A stretch of DNA of 64,000 nucleotides from Mytilus trossulus. Its lineage: Eukaryota. Numbering within the stretch: position 1 is the first letter of the stretch; every line of letters begins with the position of its first letter. Of this stretch, positions 26,208-38,301 are shown piece by piece. The stretch lies in assembly GCF_036588685.1 (NCBI RefSeq), contig NC_086378.1:52266001-52330000 (forward strand), given 5' to 3'. The position numbers were made by a program, and so were the translations under genes. A model generated the notes under the pieces. The model had not been told where the DNA came from, made no database searches, and worked only from the letters and a program-made list of their open reading frames with translations.

Positions 26208-28007
26208 ATTTCATCATCAAGGCTAAAAATAGATGTCGGATTTACTTGGATCCTAAAATGGCTTTACTTAGATGAATTTAAGTCAATGTAAATAATAGAT
26301 TGAACATAAAAAAACATATGGATTACGTCATACAAATTCTAGAATATTTTAGACTTATATATTTACTACCCAGAAGAATAGACGTGCAATTGAATCAAGA
26401 ACTTTACATTATGGCCTTTCTTCCAAATAGGGTAAAGATAAAAATGATAAGAATATTTGTTTACATGCGGTACGAAATTTCTACAAATTCAATCATTGAA
26501 GAGTTACCGTTTAAAATTTTGAAAAAAAGACAAAACAACATTTAGAATCGTTCATATGTTCTAGCAATACGAATTGAATGAAATCAGCATTCAATGCAAA
26601 ACGATATACACAGCACTAGATGATCAAGTTGGCAGTATGGACGGACAGAGTCAGAGTGACCTCATGTACATTCACAATGCATAAGATTTCCAATGTCACA
26701 TACTCGTCTAGAATGGTTATGTCCTACTTCTGAATGAATTTTCAATTGTCACAATGTGAGCTAGTGGCCAAGGCAGTCCAGTTGAATTGATGAAATAAAC
26801 TAACAATTCTGAAATTGCTGAAGTAGCGATGCAACATAACGGTGTGCACTTGACCAAAACAAAAGATGGCTAGATGTTTCCAATAGGATTTAACCTCATT
26901 TCACAAGAAGAAATTTGTAAATTTTACTTCAGGTTCATAAAATACCTTGAAGTTAATTAAGAATTTAGTTCAACTTTTTTAAGTTGGCACTATGATACTG
27001 CAGCTATCAATTTAATTGTGATGTAGGCCGTATAACTTGTTAATAGATCATTTCTGAAAATCTTAAAAACTACTTTGAATAGAGGGGTGAATGATACCAA
27101 AGGCACATTCAAACTCATAGATCAAAAACAAACTGACAACGCCATTATCTAAAAAAGTAAAAAGACAAACAAGCGTAGTAATAATATAAAAGAACACAAG
27201 ACACAACATAAAAAATAAATGACGTGTTATTTGTGTACTTTCATGGCATAGTCAGGAGCGTCGCATATTTATATTTCATTTAGCATTTAAAATTTTCATC
27301 GGGCCGTTGGTTGTTTAAGAATAGAGAGCACAATCAAGGGGGGTCCACAGGAATAGATTATTTACTTTTAATGAACTCTACATCTGCAAGGGTTTTTTTT
27401 TGTATTTGATTGAAAGAGAGAAAGACAGATGTAAGACAAATTGTGAATGGTCTTTTCTTCCTTTCTCCCATGCCAAGAAATTGCCTACGTTGAATTTTTG
27501 AAAACATCCCATGGAGCAAATTACATGGATGATTAATTTTGACCATTTGGTATATGGTTGTGTTTTAGGTGAGACAAACACGCGGGTCATTAATTGATTT
27601 ATTGAATGAAATCAAATCTTTAATCACTTATGGATGCCGGAAGAGGTCAACTGGATTTTTTAGCTTATATAGGTAGTATCTTTAATTTCAAGCCTATTAA
27701 AAAGACCAACACATCAATTGTAACTGTTACGGTAGATCTAATGACAATTGACTAGTTCAGTTATTTTTGTTTTAACGTAAATCATAAAAATGTATTAAAG
27801 TGATGCATTCCCTATGATACAAGTATGGATCTCAACAGTGAGTAGGTTTTTGTGTTTAACGGGGGCGGTTTTAAGGTCCATCTTTCCTATCAATAATTCA
27901 ATAATTGGAAGATCTTCAACAAACTACAGCAGGTGTGAAATATTTATATATGTAATAAACATTGGATTTGTGTCAACACATTTTAACAGATGATTCATAA
28001 CATTAAT

Positions 28008-28520
28008 ATAGATTAATTAGACGAGATGTATATACATTATGTACACAGCCATGTATCACCATCATTGATGGCGATCCGATGGATACATCTGTTGTAGGAT
28101 TGTCACTGACTCAGACGTACTTATGAATATAATTATTTTCTGTGACTGTATCTTACATTAATTTGTAGGATCCTTTACTATAGATAATTTAGCTGATCTG
28201 TAACAATAACATCTTCATGCCTTATATATCATGTACTGTAGTACGCCGCTAGATTAAAACTGACGTGGAAAGGTAACACATGCCCACCCAAAGCTCTTTT
28301 TTTGAGAGCCCAGGTGGTCGTGTGGTCTACCGGGACGGCTGCAGTGCAGGCGATTTGGTGTCACGATATCACAGTAGCATGACTTTGTTGGGTTGATGTT
28401 TAGACGAGTTATATATATATATATATATATATATATACAACTCGTCTAAACATCAACCCAACAATGTTAGATCTGTAAATTTGCTTTCGCAAATTTTTGG
28501 TTCTTCCCTCGCCGGGATTC
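28008..28520. mobile_element. two tail-to-tail copies of a tRNA-like-segment-containing repeat joined at a (TA)n tract
   Basis: A-box-like GGTGGTCGTGTGGTCTA at ~28313 (+). The B-box remnant GAATCCCGGCGAGGG is on the minus copy at 28520-28506. A 26-bp inverted repeat (28385-28410 / 28439-28464) surrounds (TA)14. Confidence 0.65.
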
Positions 28521-29329
28521 ATATATACAATATGATTCGACATTACCTGACAATGTTATAACACCATTGAGAAGCTAATAGTTTATTTCTTTCATCGGAT
28601 TTAGTTTGTTAGTTTTTTACCCGGATTAGTTTTTGTTCAATCCAATTATTGAACAGCGGTATTCCCCTGTTGCCTTCATTTATACAAATCCCATATATGT
28701 GTTACAAATTTTAAACAACATATATATTATGTATATGGATAATGATTTTCAGAACATCATTTATGAAAGTAAAAATCCAATATTGCACAGTTAATATTTT
28801 CAGTCGAACATAAAAATAAACAGTTGTTTATTATATCTATATATTCATATGATGTCGAACTATATATACAAATCTCGAACAGTAGAGACGACACATTCAG
28901 TGAACAGTTACATCTATTGACATATTTTATCTAATTTAAACGTTTGGTGCGTCTGAAGCGCTTTTTAATTCCCATTCATTTGGAAACTTTTAATTCAAAC
29001 AGTTTAAAGCCAAACACATAATTATATTTACGTGAATACGTGAATAACGAAATGAACGGAAAGGTAAAGAGAAATTTAAACATTTAACAATGCATTTTGA
29101 AGAAAACGTGGAAATACTTTTAAAACATATTTACGATCCTTGGAAATTTCCTTTAGATATTCTAAGTAACACTGATTCTAAAGTATATTTTTTTAAATGA
29201 AACGTATTTCCCAGTCCATTTTTATCTCGTTAATCTTCAATCTAACATTTGAGAGCTAAAGATTGAATATTTATGAAAAATCTGCAGTTGGTGTACAGTT
29301 ATCTTATTATGTATTTACATACTTAGTAC

Positions 29330-30360
29330 GATTTGTACGATTCGCTCGTGTATGTAACAATGTTTTAGATTTTAACGAGAGAAATTTATGTATTACTGAA
29401 AAATTATTACACCAGGGTTTTCGATATCACAAACTAGTCAAAACATTTACTAAATTTTATCATCGGTATAAAGACATCATTCGTAAATATAGCTCAACAT
29501 GCAGACTTTTTATACGTTCAGGTATTTCACATCCAATTTTTTATGGAAATATTCTTTATAAAGCACAAAGGTGTCAGTATTCACCTCATAAACTTACAAA
29601 ACCTTTGAATAGACTTATTAAGAAGGGATATAATTACGATACTGTTGTCAAGTCATTAAAGATTGCATATTTTGGCGTTAATATTGAGTCACTGATAAGG
29701 TCTTTGCGTCGGAACTAAACACATTTATTCTAAAAACAGTTGTTGGCATGACACGGGTTATGTTCTTCTCATATATGTTATGATGGTATGATACTAAACC
29801 CCTTACGGGAAGGATTGTGCCTGATGTTCATATGATGAAATCATAATCTTTCAGTCAGTTTAATTGAAGTCTGGAGCTGGCATGTCAGTTAACTGCTAGT
29901 AGTCTGTTGTTATTTATGTATTATTGTCATTTAGTTTATTTTCTTTGGTTACATCTTCTGACATCAGACTCGGACTTCTCTTGAACTGAATTTTAATGTG
30001 CGTATTGTTATGCTTTTACTTTTCTACACTGGTTAGAGGTATAGGGGGAGGGTTGAGATCTCACAAACATGTTTAACCCCGCCGCATTTTTGCGCCTGTC
30101 CCAAGTCAGGAGCCTCTGGCCTTTGTTAGTCTTGTATTATTTAAATTTTAGTTTCTTGTGTACAATTTGGAAATTAGTATGGCGTTCATTATCACTGAAC
30201 TAGTATATATTTGTTTAGGGGCCAGCTGAAGGACGCCTCCGGGTGCGGGAATTTCTCGCTACATTGAAGACCTGTTGGTGACCTTCTGCTGTTGTGTTTT
30301 TTTATTTTGGTCGGGTTGTTGTCTCTTTGACACATTCCCCATTTCCATTCTCAATTTTAT
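29330..30360 (+). mobile_element. 5'-truncated Penelope-like retroelement (family A): RT C-terminus plus ~640-bp 3' region
   Basis: VRFARVCNNVLDFNERNLCITEKLLHQGFRYHKLVKTFTKFYHRY resembles the PLE RT thumb region; stop at 29718. The 3' region recurs at 11755-12077 (+) and 46803-48025 (-). Confidence 0.8.
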
Positions 30361-30479
30361 TAGACATATTTTGGAGAAAAAAACAAGTGGGATAGATGAA
30401 AAGATGGACACTTTGGTAGATCATTAATCTTCCTGACCCGTGACAACACATAAAAAATATAAGTTTATTTCAATGAGAA

Positions 30480-31275
30480 TCAATTGGAAAATCTTGGGAA
30501 GAAAGATAAGGAGTTAGCAATATCCTTTCATTTAACTTTCCAGTATATACATGCAGATGATGTTCTCTTACTAAATAATTCAAAATTTTGGGAATTTATT
30601 GAATGAATCTATCCCATCGAGCTAGATATAAAGGATAAAACAGACACAGTTAATTCTGCCTCATATCTTGACTTACATCTATAAATTGACAATGTCAGTT
30701 GAAAACAAAACTTAACTACAAAAAAGATGATTCCGATTGTGAATTTTCCATTTATATGCAGCAAACATTCCAGCAGCGCCTGCATTTGGAGTATATATCT
30801 CCCAGTTGTAACGATTTTCCCGGGCTTGATTTCCTTATTAGAGGGTCTCTGCTCACAGAAAAGCATCTCTTCATAAATTTTACGGACGCCAACAGGAGTT
30901 GGTTGACCGTTATGGAATAACCGTTTCACAGCTGATATCGAATATGTTCTTTATGACGTAACTACACTCCCCTTTATTTTTCACGAATGTGACATACCGA
31001 ATTAGACTTTTTACTGGAATCGTAATCATATGAGCAACTCTACGGTACCACATGTGAAGCAGGATCAGCTTACCCTTCCGGAAGACCTGAGATGACCCCG
31101 AGATTTTGGTGGAACTCATGAGATTCGTGTTGCTTAGTCTTTAGTTTTGTATGTTGGGTCTTGTATGCTATTAATTGTCCGTTTGTCTTTTTCTTTTTCA
31201 GCCATGGCGTTGTCAGTTTATTTTCGATCTTTGAGTTTTTACTGTCACTTTGATATCTTTCGCCTCTCTTTTTTA
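30480..31275 (+). mobile_element. decayed Penelope-like retroelement (family B) including the RT catalytic region
   Basis: Frameshifted peptides DDVLLLNNSKF, IYPIELDIKD, SASYLDLHL, LKTKL and SNIPAAPAFGVYISQL. Confidence 0.8.
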
Positions 31276-32398
31276 TCCCTTTGTGTGTGATATTTTCGAG
31301 GACAACCTTACATACATGCACTAATTTGGTTAAAATGATTAAAAAGGATTGCATGATAAATAATATCATTTAAGTAATATAGTATAAGTGTTATGTTCAG
31401 TAATTTTTTTTTAAATGACAGTGACAATATCACCAAGCACAATACTATCCGTTCAATTACTCGGCTTTTCATAATTTGTTTTAGTACTGTGATATGTTTC
31501 TGCCTTTTTATAGCTAATCTTTTATATAATTTTATGGATGTAAGCTTTTCTTATTCATGTGTTATTGATTTTGTTTGAGTTTAACATTTGAATATGTACA
31601 TAAAGGGAAATAACCGTGTTGTAAAAATCGACAAAGAAACAACTCTTCTGAGTTTTAATGTCCCTCTATCTGGTATCTCACCCTCTTTTAGAGAAACTGA
31701 TTCCACCACCGAATCTCGTGCAAGGCGATATTTATTCTCAGTCGGGTTTTAAATTTGAAAATCTAGCTGTCTCGAATGGATAAATATCGTATCATACTCG
31801 TTGTCGTGGTAGAATCTATATGTATTTTTCTCCTCTCTTTCATGAACTATGTAACTCTCAATATAGAACCAAGCCAACAAACGTTGTAAAAGAGTGTGTA
31901 ACTGATTTAGAGTACTGTGGAATACACATAATTCTTAAATGAATAGAAGATAACAGTTTCAAATAAAACACCCACTAAGGATGAGATTCCTGGCATAATT
32001 TGTTTTATAGCTGACCATGCTGTATGGGCTTTGCTTATTGTTGAAGGCCGTATCGTGACCTATAGTTGTTAATGTCTGTGTCTTTTTTGGTATATTGTGG
32101 GGAGTTATCTCATTGGCGATCATACCACATCTTCATTTTTATACAAGCGCTAAAAGGTGATTTCACCTCTTCGAACCAAGAACCAGATCTTCAAACATAC
32201 GAATATAAAACATTTAAAAGGTAGAACGTATAAAAATCAAATAAGAAACAAAAAAGTATCTAATATAAAGCAACAAGATCGGTTGAGCACAAACACATAT
32301 AAATAGGTCTTAAAAAGGTCATTTTATCTCAAAAAATTTAGAACTATAACCAGAGATAAGAAAATAAACAATTAAAAAGGGGGAAGGATATAAAAAAT

Positions 32399-32787
32399 CG
32401 AATAAGTAACGAATAAGGAATAAGTAATAAGTAACGAAAAGGTAGCGAATAGGTAATAAGGAATAAGTAACAAAAGGTAACGAATAAGGAATAAGGAATA
32501 AGTAACGAATAGTTAACGAATAGGGAATAGGGAATAAGTAACGAATAGGTAACGAATAGGGAATAAGTAACGAATAGGTAACGAATAGGGAATAGGGAAT
32601 AAGTAATGAATAGGTAACGAATAGGGAATAGGGAATAAGTAACGAATAGGTAACGAATAGGTAACGAATAGGGAATAGGGAATAAGTAACGAATAGGTAA
32701 CGAATAGGGAATAGGGAATAAGTAACGAATAGGTAACGAATAGGGAATAGGAAATAAGTAACTAATAGGGAATAGGGAATAAGTAAC
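32399..32787. repeat. minisatellite built from GAATAGG / GAATAAG / TAAC subunits with a 36-bp higher-order unit
   Basis: Repeating gaatagggaatagggaataagtaacgaataggtaac; it explains the repetitive track ORFs at 32319-32813. Confidence 0.95.
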
Positions 32788-33116
32788 CAACTTACGACCA
32801 TGCAAATGAACACACAGCTAATTTTGAACTAATTGTATATTGCTGACTACTATTCTCTATGAATCAATAACAAAAGAAGTGCCAAGGTGATTATGTAATA
32901 GTGATGATTAATGTTCTGATGTCATAGGCTGGTTCTAAAATACATGTCATATAATGAGTCCGATTCATTGGTTTTTTTTCTATACATCGGGTCAAACGTT
33001 TGAAACGTCTTGCACAAACTCAAAGCATAAATCTTAAATAAAAATAACTCGTCCCAAATCATTATAAGAACTTTAATCCTTATTTTTATATAAAAAAAAA
33101 CAAGTCATCATATAAC

Positions 33117-34271
33117 TTATTTTTCTCTAACTTCTATACTCGTACTTATCTTTTGATGGAGGAGAATGAGAGTCTGAGCACCTGATTTTCTTTTCGTTGG
33201 AATATGTAAAATTTCTCTAAGCCTCTGTCGAAAAGAGGAACTCATTGTCATGAATATAAAGAAATTCGATAAAAATCCTATATACACGATTAGGTTGAGG
33301 ATTGTGGCGGATATAAATCTGCTCTCTATATCCAGTTCTGATCTTGTTGGGTCGGGTTCTACAATTATCCATGTATAGACAACAGCAAATGGTAGTTCCG
33401 TTACCAAGAAACATATCAAAATAATAATAATTGTTTTATTGGTTCTCTCTATGTATCTAAATTTACGTCTCTTTGAAGCAGTCTCAGATTGGAGTCTTGC
33501 CATTTCCCTTTTTGCTTCTTTAAGCTTGAAAACTAACACAACAGTGACCACAGTCAGGATGCAACAGGGCAGTATTGTTCCTATTGTATCTTTCATCCAT
33601 GTTACAACTAAGTTTTCTTTTTTTGATGTATCCCGTGCACTACACACACAAATATCGCCGATGAATTCATTGTCTTCTGTGTTGTATAATGTGATAGAGC
33701 GATATATTTTGCTGTGTAAAGTTGGTATGATGTTTATTGAAGCGGAAAATATAACTATGAACACTATTCCCAGAACTGAATTTTTCATGGTTGCAATCCT
33801 TCGACCACTGAATAACATAGTCACCACGATAAGACGATGTATTGCTAATGTTGTTGTCAGCCATTTTGAAATGCAATGAAACATAGAGGCTAAATAATAA
33901 GACAGATCGTGGTAAATACAAAACGGATATTTCATAACTTTGAAGTTGTTTTCAAATCCATACACAAGAATAAATGTTGGACTAATTACCAATATTGCTA
34001 AACTGTCTGAGAGTGCAAGTGCAGTCAGTAGAATATTTGTTGGGGATTTTCGGTTTGTTGTCATGAACACGGTGATAGCCAGTGAGTTTAGAACCAACAA
34101 AACTAATGCTATGATAGGAATCACGTACCCATATATAGGGTTTGACAAATACTCTGATTTGTTATATGTCAAACATAGTTGATGATAATACTCTGAAGCG
34201 TTGTCACTGTTTATATGCAAGAAGTTGCTCAAATTGGAGGAGTAAAAGAATGCATTGTTGTTTTTCATCAT
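33117..34271 (-). CDS. class A GPCR, FMRFamide/sex-peptide/myosuppressin receptor-like (384 aa, intronless CDS)
   Basis: Seven hydrophobic segments. Family-typical motifs: SPTNILLTALALSD (TM2), SKWLTTTLAIHRL (TM3, DRY->HRL), LPC (TM5), FLVTELP (TM6), SNFFIF..MSSSFR (TM7/H8). N-glycosylation sequons in the N-terminus. Acceptor ttttattatcag| at 34367; candidate upstream donor gtgagt at 36036. Confidence 0.9.
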   Translation of the reverse strand: MMKNNNAFFYSSNLSNFLHINSDNASEYYHQLCLTYNKSEYLSNPIYGYVIPIIALVLLVLNSLAITVFMTTNRKSPTNILLTALALSDSLAILVISPTFILVYGFENNFKVMKYPFCIYHDLSYYLASMFHCISKWLTTTLAIHRLIVVTMLFSGRRIATMKNSVLGIVFIVIFSASINIIPTLHSKIYRSITLYNTEDNEFIGDICVCSARDTSKKENLVVTWMKDTIGTILPCCILTVVTVVLVFKLKEAKREMARLQSETASKRRKFRYIERTNKTIIIILICFLVTELPFAVVYTWIIVEPDPTRSELDIESRFISATILNLIVYIGFLSNFFIFMTMSSSFRQRLREILHIPTKRKSGAQTLILLHQKISTSIEVREK

Positions 34272-34914
34272 TGGAATTTATCTCTTTGGTCGAGTGTTAA
34301 ATTGTCGACTTCATATGTTACTAATGTTTGTCCAAACAACTTCCTGGTTTCTCCATACTTGATTATCTGATAATAAAAAAAAAACATTCAACTTTAGATA
34401 TTTGAGTAGTATACTGAATCAAGTTTAAAATCAGTTCCATCATAATGCAAGTCATCGGACTCACCAATTATTGCCACATAAACTCAATAAATACGTCAAT
34501 GGTCAATATAAAACGGACCGCTAGAAAATATTTGTTTGATTTAATTTTTGTTTATTTATCAAATACGGAGTGGACCGGCTTCTTTAAAAGTGCCGAACAT
34601 TTGTATATCGCTTATGATATATAAATAAAGGAACTGAAAAATTCGGAAAAAAATAAAGGTTCATATGCTTGTTTTCGAGATATAAGCCATCGAAAATGTG
34701 GTAGGAAATAAAGCTCTCTAGAATTTTTATATATTTGTCACCGACATCCTCCTTCTTTCAGAAAGTATTTAAAAAAAAAAACACATTTTATAGGATTGCC
34801 AAATGCGGGTTTTTTAAACTGTATGTAATCAAATAATGAAAAGAAAACTAAAGGTTATCGGCGGAATTTGTTTAACGGGACTACATGGATAAAACCTGAG
34901 GATTCCTTATATAT

Positions 34915-35720
34915 CTGGCGAGAATTCAAAAAACAAAATATATTAAAATCATGTCCAAACTTTCAAAATTTAAATATTGATAACAAATTAATTTGGATAA
35001 TGAATAATGAGGATCCCAATGTACTATTTGAATTTTACAAATATATAGAAGATACTAAGAATTAAAGTACAACTTAATCTGCAATAACTAATTCATTATA
35101 ACTCTTTAATATGAAAAATTTCAAATTCTTTGGCACCGTCCCTTGATGATCTTTGCTGGCTGGACACAGAATCTATAATCTTAAAAATATGTTTTTAAAA
35201 TATATTTTAAATAATTAAGGAGCTTGACTTATCTGCATTAAGTACAAGTAGGGACTCCCCTTTAAGCACCGACTCTTGGTGCTTTCTGCAGATAAGTCAT
35301 ATTAAATATCCTTTATTAAATATACTTTGTTATTTGCAGTATACCTCATGGTCAAATGTGGGAGTGCTTAATTGCTTTGTTTTTTATTGGGTTCTTTTTG
35401 TATTTTTTTTTTTATATATTGACATTTCTCCGCACAAACTACTAATGCCTCATGTTTGCCTTTTCAAAGTGAAGATACACTTACCGGGTGCACTTGAGTC
35501 AATTTCAACATAGTATTCATTGAATAATAATACATTTGCTACTATTTTGTTGAGAGTATTTTCTGTGGTATATTATTTTATTTTTATTATTTTTATAACA
35601 CTTGTTACATATCTTTTATTGTGTGTGTATTGCATATGTTATTGTTTATAATAATATTGTCTGTATCATATGCCCTCCTGGGGCCCTAATTTGGTAAATA
35701 AAAATATTCTATTCTATTCA
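34915..35720 (+). mobile_element. LINE 3' end (ORF2 tail, 3' UTR, AATAAA and (ATTCT)n tail)
   Basis: KSCPNFQNLNIDNKLIWIMNNED resembles the ORF end at ~53150 (SCSNFINLNSQEKLLRLLSCEN). It ends gccctcctggggccc...aataaaaatattctattctattc. Confidence 0.6.
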
Positions 35721-37034
35721 TACATTAATATAGACACAATAAATAAAATAGTCAAGATATGGGTGCATCAGTCATCATCGAATAACAATTCTAAAAGGAA
35801 CAATTTAACAGAACACAAAAAATCTACTATCTACAAATTTAACGTCAACGTTTTTCTTCCCCATCACTTCCCTTCGTCCAATGAAGCTTTCTTATGACTA
35901 TCAAACACGTACTATCCTTTACACATAAAATAAAATAAAGTGCATTGGATGCAAGCTAGGTTTTTATAAAATACGAAAAGTTTTCATGCTTTTTTTGGGT
36001 TATTTAAATCAATACATAGTTTTTAAAAATACTCACGTATACATTCGAATCTCATCTCGTTATGATAGAATAAGTTGTTCAACAATCAGATTACCCCATT
36101 GTTTTGTAACTGAGCGAATAAAAAGTGAGTGATGAAATATATTTCCAAAATAGAAACATGTAAAACGAAATGACTTCATTCAACACATGACACCTCCTGA
36201 CACCTCCTGACACCTGATCTTTCTGGTATTACAAAAAACTGAACTATTTCTTCTTGCAAAATGTGTACATCGTATGGGAGGATATTTTTAGCAAAATTAA
36301 TGATTTCATTTTCTATATTTCTAACCTTCTTAAGCAATAAATAACGTAAAAACACGGACACATATTATCGTTTTGATTTAATATTTTATGACACAACGAA
36401 CAAAAATGCATGAAGCAATGCAATCAAATTTATATAATACCATTTTGTTTATCATCAGGACAGACAACATATCCCAAATTTGCGGTAGAAATGTATAAAC
36501 AGAAGGGACTTAGCTTTGACCCTCATCACCTGAACGTACGATTTCTGACTCACTCCTATTGAATAATAAGGGCTTGTAGTACAAGAACGTGCTTTTACAC
36601 AATTTTGCATTCAAAATTTTGGTACATCTTTTTTTGTTGTTGTTAAATCTATGATAAAGAGGCATGGTGTAAATTGTATGTTGTCTTTTTGAGTTCTAAA
36701 CGACAGAGCAGGGCGGTAATGGCGACTGTGAAGACGATTTTCACGAAATATTTGCCACTGGACTATTTTATAAAAAATCAATTCATGACCTTACGGATAG
36801 TTTTCTGAGACACTGCTATCAGATTTTTTTATATTTTACAGCCGATGAGCACGCCCAAGACAAAAACTAAGAGTAATGTGGAAAAAATACAGTACACAGT
36901 AGTCAGATACATGGATAGACGAACAAAGGAATTGATCCTGTCGTCAGAAACTGAAGGTTTTAGCAACATCCTGGACATATAAACGCCTGCACAACTGGAC
37001 TTTTATTTTGTTACCAACTGTGTAATTCAAAACT

Positions 37035-37835
37035 TATACACTCTCCTCCTATCTCACACACTCTCTTCATCTCACACGCACACACTCTTTGCCTCTCTCA
37101 CACACACTCTTTGCCTCTCTCATACACCCTCATCTCTCTTACACTCTTCTCCTACCACACTAACTGTCCTTCTCTCTCTCACACTTTCTCCTCTCTCTCC
37201 TACTCTCCTTTTTCTCTCATACACTCTCCTCCTCTCTCATCTACTCTCTTCCTGTCACACATACATTCTCATCATCTCTCTCTCACACTCTCCTCTTTAT
37301 CTTACACACACTCTCCTCCTTTTTTTTAACAAACTCTCCTCCTCTCACACATTTTCCTCTCTCTATCACACACTCTCCTCCTCTCTCTAACACACTCTGC
37401 TCCTCCAACACACACTCGTCTTTACTCTCGCACACACCACATCCTCAACTCCTCTCTCAAACACCCTCTCATCCTCTCCCAAGCCCGACCCGTCACTTTA
37501 GCCAAATTATTAAGACCCCTCGACCATAACTTATACTACCCTAAATCCTCCTGACCCTTAACCATCTTCGCCAACATATCCATAACGATCTCGACCCTTC
37601 GCATACCTACCAGTAGATACCTCCGTACTATGCTTACCCTTTACTACGCTTACCCCTATCTATGCTTTCACCTATATATGCTTTACCCTATCTTTACCTA
37701 CACGTAACTATACCTTTCCGTAAGCGACTAACCCATAAACCATAACCCTAACTATCCCTACCACCTACACCCTCTGATTCACCCTACCCTACACGAAACT
37801 TAACCCTTACTCCTATACTTGACCCAACACCTCTC
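37035..37835. repeat. G-poor low-complexity tract: (CT)/(CA) mosaic (37035-37480), then degenerate (TAACCC)-like repeats (37480-37835)
   Basis: Direct inspection, e.g. cccataaaccataaccctaactatccctacc. Confidence 0.85.
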
Positions 37836-38192
37836 CCAGTGAATGCTCTGTATATGACGGTTTCCCATCCACATGAGAAATCTATAATACTAAAATTACG
37901 AGGTCCAGTCAGCCGTCATCACGTAAAAACGACGAATCAAAGAATTCAACTTTATATATAACTAATATAGTACAAAGGTGTAGATTAAAAATTACACCAC
38001 TCCAGGCCCTTTTGTTTTCCACGTAATTATATTGCCAATAATTAAGAAGTTCCAGGTCGTGTCCGATACCGATACCAATAGTATATTCACCTGTTACCTA
38101 TTACCTTATCTGTACGTTCCGCATCTGACAGGCACACCACCAAACGGTGTATTCATTATTAATATGCTGTATACACGAGTCATAATCACGGG

Positions 38193-38301
38193 TAGTCCAA
38201 ATAATTATGACGTCTGGCAAGGCTATTTTATTTTTTTTCTGTGACGCCTTCGTCCCAGAAAAAAAAAATAGCCTTGCCAGACGTCATAATTATTTGGACT
38301 A
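38193..38301. mobile_element. 109-bp near-perfect palindromic MITE with 9-bp TSD AATCACGGG (Mutator-like)
   Basis: TAGTCCAAATAATTATGACGTCTGGCAAGGCTATTTT and its exact reverse complement. TSD at 38184-38192 and 38302-38310. Confidence 0.88.

Noticed and set aside
28308-28382. functional tRNA-Cys gene
   Set aside because: The T arm/B box and 3' acceptor strand are missing in this copy and the cloverleaf cannot be completed; treated as part of a repeat.
28940-29005. decayed hammerhead-like repeat remnants (also ~3900-3950 and ~18390-18420)
   Set aside because: The core nucleotides are too degenerate to call a ribozyme.
29263-29329. 5' part of the 151-aa track ORF as a host gene
   Set aside because: TTG start in flanking DNA fused by chance to a 5'-truncated retroelement ORF.
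29815-29856. hammerhead-like string CTGATGT-TCATATGAT-GAAA-TCATAA-TC in the PLE 3' region
   Set aside because: The core is non-canonical, the second copy (~47945-47975, minus) reads CTGATAT...GAAG, and stems I and III do not form convincingly.
32399-32787. possible CRISPR-like array (also considered for 52120-52267)
   Set aside because: No unique spacers, no cas genes, eukaryotic context; these are simple tandem repeats.
32319-32813. 164-aa and 153-aa repetitive hydrophobic ORFs
   Set aside because: Translations of a stop-free minisatellite strand; no evidence of coding.
33439-34182. antisense and alternative-frame ORFs overlapping the GPCRs and EEP genes (e.g. 33439-33879, 22689-22949, 58786-59097)
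   Set aside because: Shadow ORFs of real coding sequence with no recognisable motifs.
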